Of a DNA stretch of 64,000 nucleotides, positions 44,701-56,473 are shown piece after piece; the stretch's first letter is position 1; every line of letters starts with the position of its first letter. The DNA is from Histomonas meleagridis 2922-C6/04-290x. Taxonomy: Eukaryota; Protista; Parabasalia. The translations under genes were made by a program, and so were the position numbers. The notes below the pieces were generated by a model. The model was not told where the DNA came from. It worked only from the letters and a program-made list of their open reading frames with translations, and ran no database searches. Location: assembly GCA_020184695.1 (NCBI GenBank), contig JAANOX010000198.1, forward strand, positions 1-64,000, read 5' to 3'.

Positions 44701-44744
44701 TTAGCAATGAACAAATAAATATGCTACAAAAAATCGCACAATAA
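41703..44744 (+). CDS. TKL-group kinase with N-terminal helical bundle and C-terminal ARM/HEAT region
   Basis: IGSGISGKVY, VAIK, HRDLKSPN, CDFG, GTTSWMAPE, DIYSYGILLWE; ~190-aa helical N-terminus and ~550-aa helical C-terminus. Confidence 0.9.
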   Translation: MAQTDLSIISESIKNLYQIGFSVYVHCSKVHSLIQAFKSADQILSNIKLSHKIKLATIFSNIISTIEQFKQICINCGRNIFLNFVLTTPLRQVYTEILSIRNALKSNFNNLGLKNVSELFEISEHDLQMQNIVDIKRIFHIIVQLRKQKVVLSRQDVLQKMASRLKSINSYNIQIGEEDCEFVAIPPLPIRIDFILNFSDLEIISEIGSGISGKVYKGRHKPTNRFVAIKVLHNQDQQTLTFRREISILSSLNNPFIVEFIGYTNKSPFCIVTELLSSSLRAKLNSPTFLSSSEKTIIAIDIAFGLLYLHERNIIHRDLKSPNVILTNDNRAKICDFGLSRLRSNKPLTGNIGTTSWMAPEVLISSPIYDTKVDIYSYGILLWELLTCEIPYKGIPSEKLPTLIVNENLRPKIPKNTPPKLTFLINSCLKSNPKERPTINEVIQLLSSPQTHFPGSDSQYVLRTTNLIRKHSRSISDPYKMIKTIDTKFKPKVNLNSLVTQPNSSTLNKIIDDYRRILKSGKITIVMIQNLINAINISHISNKPMLIQLLSETLILFPKMITCLNQFNGIEIIIKLLNEPDIETIESTLILLQTNICNEIINIDLIKELLLFNSNENYNIRNKAIQILFKIIDFKFDFLLGFPSFLSRFIIFSLKPLTKTNLLNLLKYTLLFIQKTSSIANETISCLIYLLVMFQNKRQILNILKYVLRFDNFNNLISRDVWESASLSFDQDSIFFTHYIDIIPTQYKEMISVLFSTCSKDKNAILVLIKMAKKNEYGICISDLLPIHLKNQNSLVLKLYENLIEIPFCHEKISYQTEFFLICKDFLHTKNQQKICNLIREIPVHQEIVENSGIHSRIVELILETNSHESLWNLISVVFHFCDGGKFTSFRLICPKLSELLSSTNDKIRLASFLCLTNLIDKNSFGINYTLFLMTAVEFANSPINSIQKSSVLSFKNFEFQMKSNVSDVLQHFLSNFKMKNKATMEIANMFLKNPKCDTFSNEQINMLQKIAQ

Positions 44745-44999
44745 TATATATTGTTATTAATAAAATATAAAATTTATTAAAAATTCTTTTTAACTTTATA
44801 TACAATTTTGAAGAATAAATAAAGTAATTATTTTTACTTTTAGTAATTTTTTTTGAATATATATTCTACATAATTCTTCAACAAGGTTAAATACCAAATT
44901 ATTGAATGTACTAATAGAATATATTGAACTTAAAATTGTGAAGTGTGTTTGATTTTATCGTCGTCTGAATTCCCCTTTGTTCGAACAAAACAATTTTGG

Positions 45000-47900
45000 A
45001 TGAATGGCAATTCTGTTCCAGAATTAAATATCGATTTCCTCTACAAAAAAGATAAATCGATTGACATCAATACTAAAATTAAAATGGCAATTGCACTTCT
45101 TCAAAATAATCAAATATCACCAGAAACCCTTTTAAATTGGTTACTTACAACATTTTCAACTGATGTTAATTTCCAAACTTCAGAAGCTCCATGGAATCTT
45201 CTTAATATTCTTCTTCATAATGATAAACTCAAAAATGTTCGTTTTTCTTTTTCAATCAAAACTTCTTCACTCGCACAAATATACAAAGCACCTTATCATG
45301 AAGTATGTTTTTCTACTCTCCAATATTTAATTCAAAATTATCCAAATTTATGGCGTCCATCATATCAAAGCTTAGTTCCACCAATTTCCGAATGTTTAGA
45401 ATCAGGAATTCATCCAAATGAAATTTCTTTACTTTTACAAATTTTAATTAATCATCATGATGTAATTGCTGCTTCTGATTCAATCTTTAATCTAACAGTT
45501 GAAAAGCTAATGAAGCCATTACTTAAAAATCTCGAACAACTTGACAAACCTAAAGTATTTACTTTTCTTACATCAACTCTTTGTATTCCATTTTTTGTCA
45601 GAAAAGCCACCAATGACACAAACAACAAAGTTACAAGTTCACTCATAACCATATTCAATGAGTTTCCAAATGCTAGTATACAATTTGCAGGACCATTTAT
45701 CAAAGCATTTTATCAACAAGTTTTTCTTCTTAATGTACAAAAAAACCTTGAATTTCCGATGGCCATCATCAAGAATAGTCGAACGCTTGACATTGCTGTC
45801 CCTATTCTTCGAGAAACTCGATTGATGAACATATATACAATTGAAGTTGAATCCAAAGATTTTGATTTATTAATGTCACTTGGCGAACGTAGTGTCCAAG
45901 AAAAGCATTCAGGGACATTATATGAGCTCGGGCAACTTGATTTTAGAATAATTCATACCTTATTAAAACATATTATACCATTTTCAGATATACTTACGGA
46001 AGAACTTCTTTTGCTTATACTAGACAATGTTTTTAAGCTTCGTAATCCACTAATTTTATTTGAAGGTGGTGAACTTCCTCTTTATATATTACAAAATGAC
46101 AAATTCATTGGTCAATATTGTCAAAATGTCTCATATTTAGTCTCAAACCAATTAAGTTTATTGCTTAAATATTTAATATCCAAACCAGATAACATTGATA
46201 CATCAGTCTTATTATATTGGACCATAAAATCCGGCCGGTTAACGGTCGAGCACATTGATATTTTGACATTTTTGGCAAACGATTGTTGTCAAAATCCATG
46301 GCGGTTTACGGCTGCGGTTATTGCCTCAAAAAGTCTACAAATTCAATTGCCACCTCCAACATCATTTGTTGTTGATGCGCAAACAAACCCTGTGATTTTG
46401 GATTGTTTCTTATATGAGAATTATGGCCTATTAACAATACCAACGTTTGTTAATAAGTATCAAATTGTACCAAAGATACCATCACCAGAAATGGAAGATA
46501 ACGAAACGTTTCGATTAGCATTTATAATCACCAATTTACCATTTTTAGTTCAATCTTTTAACGAATCAGATTTAATGATTATTTTAAAGTTTATTATTCA
46601 GAAATGTATTTATGCTCAACATATTCAATCCCCACAGACCATATCAGATTATTGTTTATGTTTATTACATAACACAATGTTTTATGAGTCATATGAACTC
46701 CGAAATATCTTTACTAAAGTCATCAAAGAATTTTTACCAAGTTATCATTTCCAAAGAGTTACTGAAGTTACACCCAAACAACAAATTCGGAGTGCCATTA
46801 TAGCATCAATGCCACAACAATTTCTACATCCCAAAGTATCAATGTCAGCATTTAATGGGATATTTAAATCCATTTGTTATCAAGAAAGCGTTGGACTCAT
46901 AATTTGTCCAGAAATATTTTCACGGTTAAACTTAATACAATGTTTATTAAATTGTTCTAATAATATACCACTTTCATCAATTAATCATAACATTAATGAT
47001 ATTATAATGCAATGTCCAAAAGAAGCGATCATTGACTTATTACCTATTTTATTACAAAGGTATGGAAAGTTCCCAACAATTGATATCAATAATCCATATC
47101 AATTAATAATGTTATGTAAATATTGTTATATTACGAAACAACAATTACCATTTGAAGAAACATATTTTCAAGATGACATTAATTCATTTTGCGCACAACT
47201 TAAAGTAGGTCAAAAGAGTACATTTGAGATATTACAAAACAAAAATATCATTGAAATGAACATTAATGATATAATACAAATCATTGATTCCATCGAAACG
47301 TTTAATGATTTTTCGGATGAATTTATTAATAATATAATACAAATGTTATATGAAAATGAAAATGATATTGATCCAAATATATTAACAAATTTCGTATTAA
47401 AAATACCAAAACAAAATTTAATATATTTATTACAAAATATTAAAGTCGAATATTATTATTATATATTTTCGAAGTTAAATATAACAAAAGAAGATATTAA
47501 TGATTTCACTATATATATAATACAAATGATTAAAAACATTTCGACTTTGGGTCAATACAAAGAAATTTGTACATTTCCAATTAGTAAATATTATAACGAA
47601 GAAATAATTCAATACATAATATTAAACTTAATAACTTTCACAAATAGAAACACATTAAAAATCGATGAAATTTGTATCATTGCAAATAGTATTACATTAA
47701 TTCTGATAAATTGTCGAAGAGAAACATATAAAAATTTGTACATAATAACTGAAGTAATACGTAAAGTTTCTTCTTTGTTCATTAAAAATGTTGTAATAAA
47801 TACACCAAATTATAAACAGTTAAGAACAATGTCGAAAATGTTCATCGAATTGGCAAAAATGAACGCTGATAACTTCCAATACATAATATCAAGTTTCGTG

Positions 47901-48107
47901 TCAAACTTTTCGTTGTATCAAATCGATGAAAACTTCGACCAAATGAAAATGAGAGTGCTCCAGTCAGCAATTTTCCCACTCATCGCGAAATGCGCAAAGG
48001 AACAAATAGAAGAAATATCAACTGCGCTCCACGACTCGCACAGGCAAATATTTAAGGAGCTGTACAACAGATACGTGGAAGAGGCGCAGTACAAAGGAAA
48101 AGTATAA
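45000..48107 (+). CDS. URB2: URB2/Npa2-like nucleolar ribosome-biogenesis protein
   Basis: Large helical protein. The C-terminus IFPLIAKC...LHDSHRQIFKELYNRYVEEAQYKGKV matches the Urb2 C-terminal pattern. First ATG at 45000. Confidence 0.7.
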   Translation: MNGNSVPELNIDFLYKKDKSIDINTKIKMAIALLQNNQISPETLLNWLLTTFSTDVNFQTSEAPWNLLNILLHNDKLKNVRFSFSIKTSSLAQIYKAPYHEVCFSTLQYLIQNYPNLWRPSYQSLVPPISECLESGIHPNEISLLLQILINHHDVIAASDSIFNLTVEKLMKPLLKNLEQLDKPKVFTFLTSTLCIPFFVRKATNDTNNKVTSSLITIFNEFPNASIQFAGPFIKAFYQQVFLLNVQKNLEFPMAIIKNSRTLDIAVPILRETRLMNIYTIEVESKDFDLLMSLGERSVQEKHSGTLYELGQLDFRIIHTLLKHIIPFSDILTEELLLLILDNVFKLRNPLILFEGGELPLYILQNDKFIGQYCQNVSYLVSNQLSLLLKYLISKPDNIDTSVLLYWTIKSGRLTVEHIDILTFLANDCCQNPWRFTAAVIASKSLQIQLPPPTSFVVDAQTNPVILDCFLYENYGLLTIPTFVNKYQIVPKIPSPEMEDNETFRLAFIITNLPFLVQSFNESDLMIILKFIIQKCIYAQHIQSPQTISDYCLCLLHNTMFYESYELRNIFTKVIKEFLPSYHFQRVTEVTPKQQIRSAIIASMPQQFLHPKVSMSAFNGIFKSICYQESVGLIICPEIFSRLNLIQCLLNCSNNIPLSSINHNINDIIMQCPKEAIIDLLPILLQRYGKFPTIDINNPYQLIMLCKYCYITKQQLPFEETYFQDDINSFCAQLKVGQKSTFEILQNKNIIEMNINDIIQIIDSIETFNDFSDEFINNIIQMLYENENDIDPNILTNFVLKIPKQNLIYLLQNIKVEYYYYIFSKLNITKEDINDFTIYIIQMIKNISTLGQYKEICTFPISKYYNEEIIQYIILNLITFTNRNTLKIDEICIIANSITLILINCRRETYKNLYIITEVIRKVSSLFIKNVVINTPNYKQLRTMSKMFIELAKMNADNFQYIISSFVSNFSLYQIDENFDQMKMRVLQSAIFPLIAKCAKEQIEEISTALHDSHRQIFKELYNRYVEEAQYKGKV

Positions 48108-48159
48108 GTAAAAATAGAATGAAATAAGTTTTGGATCAATACGGAATTTGTGAAATAAT

Positions 48160-50216
48160 AAATAGTAACAAATGTTGTGAAGTGTAAATGTGAATTATAT
48201 AAATAGTAACAAATGTTGTGAAGTGTAAATGTGAATTATATAAATAGTAACAAATGTTGTGAAGTGTAAATGTGAATTATATAAATAGTAACAAATGTTG
48301 TGAAGTGTAAATGTGAATTATGTAAATAGTAACAAATGTTGTGAAGTGTAAATGTGAATTATATAAATAGTAACAAATGTTGTGAAGTGTAAATGTGAAT
48401 TATATAAATAGTAACAAATGTTGTGAAGTGTAAATGTGAATTATATAAATAGTAACAAATGTTGTGAAGTGTAAATGTGAATTATATAAATAGTAACAAA
48501 TGTTGTGAAGTGTAAATGTGAATTATATAAATAGTAACAAATGTTGTGAAGTGTAAAAGTGAATTATGTAAATAGTAACAAATGTTGTGAAGTGTAAATG
48601 TGAATTATATAAATAGTAACAAATGTTGTGAAGTGTAAATGTGAATTATATAAATAGTAACAAATGTTGTGAAGTGTAAATGTGAATTATATAAATAGTA
48701 ACAAATGTTGTGAAGTGTAAATGTGAATTATATAAATAGTAACAAATGTTGTGAAGTGTAAATGTGAATTATATAAATAGTAACAAAATGTTGTGAAGTG
48801 TAAATGTGAATTATGTAAATAGTAACAAATGTTGTGAAGTGTAAATGTGAATTATATAAATAGTAACAAATGTTGTGAAGTGTAAATGTGAATTATATAA
48901 ATAGTAACAAATGTTGTGAAGTGTAAATGTGAATTATATAAATAGTAACAAATGTTGTGAAGTGTAAATGTGAATTATATAAATAGTAACAAATGTTGTG
49001 AAGTGTAAATGTGAATTATATAAATAGTAACAAATGTTGTGAAGTGTAAATGTGAATTATATAAATAGTAACAAATGTTGTGAAGTGTAAATGTGAATTA
49101 TATAAATAGTAACAAATGTTGTGAAGTGTAAATGTGAATTATGTAAATAGTAACAAATGTTGTGAAGTGTAAATGTGAATTATATAAATAGTAACAAATG
49201 TTGTGAAGTGTAAATGTGAATTATATAAATAGTAACAAATGTTGTGAAGTGTAAATGTGAATTATGTAAATAGTAACAAATGTTGTGAAGTGTAAATGTG
49301 AATTATATAAATAGTAACAAATGTTGTGAAGTGTAAATGTGAATTATATAAATAGTAACAAATGTTGTGAAGTGTAAATGTGAATTATATAAATAGTAAC
49401 AAATGTTGTGAAGTGTAAATGTGAATTATATAAATAGTAACAAATGTTGTGAAGTGTAAATGTGAATTATATAAATAGTAACAAAATGTTGTGAAGTGTA
49501 AATGTGAATTATATAAATAGTAACAAATGTTGTGAAGTGTAAATGTGAATTATATAAATAGTAACAAATGTTGTGAAGTGTAAATGTGAATTATGTAAAT
49601 AGTAACAAATGTTGTGAAGTGTAAATGTGAATTATATAAATAGTAACAAATGTTGTGAAGTGTAAATGTGAATTATATAAATAGTAACAAATGTTGTGAA
49701 GTGTAAATGTGAATTATGTAAATAGTAACAAATGTTGTGAAGTGTAAATGTGAATTATATAAATAGTAACAAATGTTGTGAAGTGTAAATGTGAATTATA
49801 TAAATAGTAACAAATGTTGTGAAGTGTAAATGTGAATTATATAAATAGTAACAAAATATTGAGAAGTGTAAATGTGAATTATATAAATAGTAACAAATGT
49901 TGTGAAGTGTAAATGTGAATTATATAAATAGTAACAAAATGTTGTGAAGTGTAAATGTGAATTATGTAAATAGTAACAAATGTTGTGAAGTGTAAATGTG
50001 AATTATATAAATAGTAACAAATGTTGTGAAGTGTAAATGTGAATTATATAAATAGTAACAAATGTTGTGAAGTGTAAATGTGAATTATATAAATAGTAAC
50101 AAATGTTGTGAAGTGTAAATGTGAATTATATAAATAGTAACAAATGTTGTGAAGTGTAAATGTGAATTATGTAAATAGTAACAAATGTTGTGAAGTGTAA
50201 ATGTGAATTATATAAA
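48160..50216. repeat. 41-bp tandem satellite, ~50 copies (AATAGTAACAAATGTTGTGAAGTGTAAATGTGAATTATATA)
   Basis: Period measured from 48161 to 48202. Variants are TATATA/TATGTA and occasional +1 A. No spacers. Confidence 0.97.
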
Positions 50217-50544
50217 CATTGAAATTAAATTCTAGCATTCAATAATTTAAAATGAATTTTAAAATCTTATTCCATCAGTTTACTTATTTCTTGCAAAAAT
50301 TCCAAACAAGTTCCCTTTTATTTCATATCATAAAAATATCTCTCTGAATTTTGATGTATGTCCTGATTAATAAAAAAATATTATATAAATGAGTATATTT
50401 CATTATTTTGAGAATAAATGATGTTTATATGGTCACTGAGGTAATATATTGCAAGCAGATTTAATTGGATTACTTGAAAAATTTATATTATTAATGCTTA
50501 CAATATATAAATCATATTATTTTAAGGGAAAAATTTATGGAATA

Positions 50545-52148
50545 TTATATTTGTGCAAATTCATTTTCTTTAAAATCTGCTGCAAATGGATCTTCTTCCA
50601 CATGTGACATTTGTATTCCTACCGATAATATATTTGTGTTTTCTTCTTCTTCTTCATCATTACTTATTGTAGATTGTTTTTCTTGTGTAGTTTTTAGAGT
50701 TTGATTTCTTTTTAATAGTATAATAAAAATTAAAACAATAATGAATAAAGATATAATGCAAACTACAATGATAATAATCGTTCTACTATTATTGTCAGCA
50801 ATTATTTGTTCATTTGAATAATATATAGAAAAAAAATTGGAATAATATTCATAATATGTCGGGTAAATAATGAGAGTATAACTATAATAAATAAATTCAG
50901 TATAAAAATAATAATATTCTGATTCAATATTTGTTATGCAATATGATTTTATATATGTCGAATAATATGATAATGTTTTTGTAAATGTAAATAAATATGT
51001 TAATGTAAATGTATTTGTGAATGTTAAATTTAGACCAACATATGTATATGTTTGGGCAAATGTATTGATGGTGTAAATAAATTTGAATTAGTAAAAGTAT
51101 TACTTTGTGAGAATGTATTTGATTTTCCAAATGTTTTAGAAAATGTATTCGAATATGTAAATGTTTGTGTTGACCAAGGAAGACATTCAGCAATTGTTGT
51201 TCCTTTGGAAACATTTAAACCGCCAAAAGTTTCATTTGAATATGTTTCCTTTGTCATCACTGATTTAGCTGCAATTCCAACAAAAGCATTTGATGCGATT
51301 TCTGGATGTGTTTCACCATAAAAATAAATACATTTAAGAGAGAAACATGATGAAAATGCATCAGCGCCAATTTTATCAACATTTTCTCCAATAAAAATTG
51401 TTTCAATATAAGTACAATTTTGAAATGAATATTGTTCAATAGAAGTAATTGAATTTGGAATATGAAATGTTTTTGTTGAATTTCCAATTGGATAAAGAAT
51501 TAGTTTTGTAATATTTTTATTGTATAAAACGCCATCATTTTCATAATTAGAAAAATTTAAATTTTCTTCCGAAACTTTAATAAATTGAAGACTTCTGCAA
51601 TTTTCAAATGAACTTGATAATATAGAAGAAACAGAACTTGGAATATAAATGTTTATCAAATTGAAACAATCTGAGAAAGCAGATTTTCCAATTGTTTCTA
51701 TTCCTTCTTCAAAAGTTACTATTTCAAGTTTATCACATGAACCAAAAGCGCTTTCTCCAATAGAAGTTAATGATCTTGGGAATGTGATTTGAGTCATTTG
51801 GCATCCATAAAATGCTCGGGCATCTATTTCTGTTAAATTTGCTCCAAATTCGACTGTTTCCAATTTAGAACAATTACAAAATGACATCATTCCAATTGTT
51901 TTTACTGAATCACCAATTTGTACATATGATAATAAAGGCCATAAGTAGAAAGCAAAATCACCAACTTCTTCAACGCCGTTAATTACAACGTGTTCAGTAA
52001 CATCCTTATAATCACTTGTAAATTCACTTAGTTGAGTTATATTAAGTGTTTTCGTTATATTATCAAATGTTTGTGATGTATTAATGAAAAATATCAACAA
52101 TAAAAATGAAATATTTGGGTTAACCACAAAATTTTGTTCAGAGAACAT
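50545..52148 (-). pseudogene. BspA-like LRR surface protein (frameshifted or mis-assembled 3' part)
   Basis: TpLRR/BspA repeats (IGxxAFxxCxxL..I.IP.SV.SI); Ser/Thr/Phe-rich stalk; after a frameshift near 51030, a TM segment and an EEDPFAADF tail ending at 50545. Confidence 0.8.
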
Positions 52149-52607
52149 TTAATTTTGAAAGAAAATAAAAAAATTATAAAGGTAAGTGAAGAAATATTAA
52201 GAAATCGTATTCCAATATTTTTGTAATTTATATTATTCTTTAATGGGATATTCATGTATATGTTTTGCATATAAGTAAATATTTTTTGATTCAAAAAATG
52301 ATTAAATAATTCTTTTCCAAAAATTGAACATATATCTAAAATAGAGAAATGAATGTACGGAAGCATTCTAATCATGATCATTATAGACTGAAGGGTGATA
52401 ATGTTTTGCATTTTTCCAATCCCTAAAGAGATTTGAAAATTTAACAAAATTGAAAAAATTCAATTAATTAAAACATATATTTTTATAAAAGTTTTTGCGC
52501 AATTTTACACGGGTAATGAATTTAAAATATTCTATGAGATCTAATAAATCAACAATTGAATATATAATGTAATAAACCGTTTAATTTAATACGTTAACTT
52601 CCAAGGC

Positions 52608-53756
52608 ATGCAGTGCAAGCTTAAGCCACTGGAAGCTATTTGTGTTGCTGGTGCTGTTGAGGATTGTCTTGACCGGCTTCGTGTACTTCAAAGTCTCACA
52701 CCAAATGTAATTACACAACGAGATGAACTTTCAAATATCTTAGGCGATACTGTTTCCCAACTAATCGATGAACAAAAAAAGAAAGAACTTCACTATGAGC
52801 AACTGATCAAGCAGAGAAGTGAGCTTAAATCACTTAGTAATAAAACACGATATAAGCAGAATCAAGAAGAAATTGAAAAACAAGCTCGAGAACTTCAAGA
52901 TCTCACACGCGATCTTTGCCGCCGTCTTAGGGAATCTCCCAATGTATCAGAAAATCTTTTAAAAATCCAAAATGAGAGATCAGCTCTCATATCACTTTTT
53001 GAAGCATTTCGTGAAGATTTACTTCAGAACAAATCCTTTCAATGGATTGCTCAATGGACTAATGATCGTAAGAGCAAGTATGAAACCATGATGCAAATAA
53101 TTCAAACAGATAAACAAATGCAGAAACAGATTGAAGACCTCAGTACCTCAATCCAAAAGACTGAGCAAGACATGAAAACCCGAATTGAGTCGCTTGACAC
53201 TCAAATCAAAGAACAAAAAGAACAATTAATACAAATACAATCACATAATGATGCTGAGAAAGCCCAACGTGATGATGAACGTAATGCCCACCTTGCTGCA
53301 GTTGCCAAGATGAACCAACTTTCCCAAAGTGCATTAACCAAACAAATGCGAGATGCCAAAATGATGCTTGAAAATGAACACAGAGTGCATTCCGAAACAT
53401 TAGCATACTTTAATCGTCGCCGCACGAAGATATCCGAGATGAGCCAAGAGTGGCAGCAGAAATACGAAAGCGAAACAAAGCTAAAGAAAACCGAATTGAG
53501 AGAGTTAACCGACAGAATTGAGAAGGCGACGAAGGAATATGAAGAACTAAAGCCGAAAAAAGAAGAAGCAGAACAGCAACTAAAACTTGAGCTTGAAAGA
53601 AGTAAGCAAAGAGCTAAACAGAATGAAATATTAGCGGAACAAAAGGCATTTATGGATAAGGTTAAACTTTTGTATTGCTTGAGACATAGAATAAGAGGAC
53701 CATTACCAAAGCCTAAGCCAAAGAAGAAGAAGAGGAGGAGGTCACCACCAAAGTAA
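52608..53756 (+). CDS. IQCG: Dynein regulatory complex subunit 9 / IQCG-like coiled-coil protein
   Basis: LEAICVAGAVEDCLDRL, LCRRLRESP..SENLLKIQNER; long coiled coil; degenerate IQ motif and poly-K C-terminus. Confidence 0.72.
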   Translation: MQCKLKPLEAICVAGAVEDCLDRLRVLQSLTPNVITQRDELSNILGDTVSQLIDEQKKKELHYEQLIKQRSELKSLSNKTRYKQNQEEIEKQARELQDLTRDLCRRLRESPNVSENLLKIQNERSALISLFEAFREDLLQNKSFQWIAQWTNDRKSKYETMMQIIQTDKQMQKQIEDLSTSIQKTEQDMKTRIESLDTQIKEQKEQLIQIQSHNDAEKAQRDDERNAHLAAVAKMNQLSQSALTKQMRDAKMMLENEHRVHSETLAYFNRRRTKISEMSQEWQQKYESETKLKKTELRELTDRIEKATKEYEELKPKKEEAEQQLKLELERSKQRAKQNEILAEQKAFMDKVKLLYCLRHRIRGPLPKPKPKKKKRRRSPPK

Positions 53757-54271
53757 ACGAATAAATGTTTAATTTACTTAAATTATATATATATTCATAC
53801 GAAAAATAAAATATAATTTATTAATATAAAAAGATTTTGTAATTCTGTTTGTACTACGAAATGAAATAATTCTTTGAAGTTCTTCATAATTTGGTAATGA
53901 ACTCACAAAATCAAAGTCTTTAATGCATATCTTGGAAGAGATTGGATTGTGTTTGGTCCAGTTTACAAATTTCATTATAATAAGAATAAATAATAACGGT
54001 GTAATCATAATATATAAACTCTGTTTCAATATAGATATTCGATGAATTAATTGTTGTAAATGATAATAATAATAAACCAAAATTAGCGAAAACTATACCT
54101 GGTAAAAATTCAGGTGAAATTGTGAAAATATTAGATTATAATAAAAAAACAAACAGGCGGTTGAGACACTTTTGAATGCTTTTGAGTACATACGTTTATA
54201 ATTAATTATTAAAAAGGCAATTGCCTACTCAATATATCTACATCTTAAAATGAGACAATGTTTCAATTTAT

Positions 54272-56473
54272 TATAGCTTGGAATTAGTGTACATGAAAAT
54301 GGTTCGTGTACCTATCGTTTTATAAAAATTTTTCAGCGCATATATACATATATATATATATATATATACATATAAAAACTCATTAGACATGTGAAATGAA
54401 ATATTGTATTAAAAATTTTATTTAGATATTTCGAGAATAAGTCTTGAACTTAGAGTTTGTGTTCCTAAATTGGTCATATAATGTCCAACATTGCAAGTGA
54501 TTTTTTCTTCAAATATTGTTATCGGTTTCTCTTTCTCAATATTTGCGATTAAATTCATCGAATTTGTTATGATAAATGGTATGTAAAATTGTTTAAATTT
54601 GGAGTGTTATTGCCATATATTTTCCCAATATTTATCCCGCATTCTAAATTTTTTTGAACAAATGTATTAAAGTGATTTGTTGTAATCTTCGAAATCGAAA
54701 TGTCTAAACAGCCAGTAAGTAATGCTGTTGACTCTTGAATTATTTTTCGAATTTGATTGTCTTGCGGGCGTGTTAAACTCATTGCGATTCTGTGTTTCGT
54801 TATATTTATTATTCTTTGATCATCTTTATCCTCGGGAATATCATATTTATGTGAACCCTTAAGGTGCTCTCTCCATTTGTTTTTTCTCTTGCATACACTT
54901 CATCGACGAACTTCACCATTTCATAATCTAACGAAAGCTGGACATCTCCACCTGGCTGTTTTATTTATGTAACATATGTCCCAATCTGCAGGTGGGTTAT
55001 CATCATAATTGCGCGGATATGGTGGTTGCAAATGTAAAATAAATTTAAATGTTCCTGTGTGCGGTTTTCTAGCGTTTTGTTTGTTTTTGAAATAATTTTG
55101 TTTTATTACGATGAATTTTTGATAATAAATTTGACTACTACATCTGTTTAACCTCATGGTATAATGACTTTTTAAATATTTTAATACTGAAAATTTACAT
55201 AATAACCGGAACAAATTGAATAGTTGTAATTCATCCAAGTCGATCAATCTCAACACAAACATCTGTTCTGAAAATACGACAAGTATTCAATCTGTTTATA
55301 GTTTTTCAGGAAGGCCAAATGACCCGCCCATGCTTGGTCTGCTCGACTTAGAATTATGTTGATTACACATCAAGCTCCTTGTAGATGTATTCACTAACTC
55401 ACAGGCGTCCAATTAATCGAACGATATTTATATGATATTTAGAAGTTATAATTCATACTAGTATTTTTTTTCTTGTCCTATTTGGTGTAAAATAGATCAA
55501 AGAGCTTTCAATTAATTTTTTCGAAGATTCCAATTTCGAAATTTAGAAATATTCTACACCTGAAGATAGATCTATTGTTTGATGAGTTATTGAAATTGGC
55601 TACAGGTAGAATATATAACCCTATATTGATCCTTATATCAAAATGGTTGAAAATAGATATCTTTAAATCACATTTAAACAAAACATAATTGTATCTTCAA
55701 ACGATGTTTCGACAATTACTCGAATTATATCATTTTTCTAAGATATGTAAAAAATTGATTGTTTTTATTTTTTCAAAGATTTTATTTTGTGACGAACTTT
55801 ATTTTGGCTAATAATAAGTGGTATTCACAACAAATTATATTCAAAACGTCGCAGTTAAATTTGTGAAAATCATTTTGATAACACTATTATTGTTATTTTT
55901 TTCACATACGATACATAATCATGAAAACCGTTTATTTTGATTCCTCATTTCATAGAGAGGCCTGAATCCGTTAAAATCATTGAAAATATTGTAATCGATT
56001 TTACAACATATATGAAAAAGTGGTGTTGTATTTGATACAATTTTTCAATGCCGATAATGCACATGTAGGACCAGGATTTCAATAGCTCATGTGCATTATC
56101 TACCCATTGAAAATTGAAAAAATTAAAACAGATACAACGATTGTTTTTTATGGTTGTCGTAAAATACATTCAAATATTTTCAATGATATTAACGGATTCA
56201 GGCCTCTCTATGAAATGAGGAATCAAAATAAACGGTTTTTATGATTATGTATCGTATGTGAAAAAAATAACAGTATTAGTAATTAAAATTGACTATGCTT
56301 GCTCGATTATAAGTTCATTATAAAGCATTTTTATTAGAAAGATTCACACGATTTGCATAAAACTCCTCTAAATTGGTCATGAAATGCAATTCTTTTGCTT
56401 CTTTTATTTTTGCTTTTTTTTGCTCCCATGTACACTTTCAGCAAAAGTACGGGGACACTAAATCCGAGCTATA
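54272..56473 (-). mobile_element. Degenerate DNA transposon (hAT-like) with ~21-bp TIRs and 8-bp TSD
   Basis: Left TIR TATAGCTTGGAATTAGTGTAC; right TIR reverse complement TATAGCTCGGATTTAGTGTCC. TSD CAATTTAT at 54264-54271 and 56474-56481. An empty site is present in the paralogous upstream region near 32610. A decayed ORF (55262 to 54567) has C...C...HLKGSH. Confidence 0.85.
55883..56280. repeat. ~400-nt imperfect palindrome (foldback)
   Basis: Arms 55883-55990 and 56173-56280 are near-perfect reverse complements. Inner pair GATAATGCACATG (56053-56065) / CATGTGCATTATC (56088-56100). Confidence 0.93.

Noticed and set aside
12271-48107. Functional cluster of ribosome-related genes (eS7, eL22, URB2, midasin-like, SRP)
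   Set aside because: The genes are scattered over tens of kb among unrelated genes; no evidence beyond chance.
48160-50216. CRISPR array or coding repeat
   Set aside because: Units are contiguous with no unique spacers, there are no cas genes, the host is eukaryotic, and the 41-nt period with stops does not maintain a frame.
54567-55262. Selenocysteine or TGA-recoding in the transposon ORF
   Set aside because: Other genes in the window terminate normally, and the element is otherwise decayed, so the TGAs are most simply mutations.
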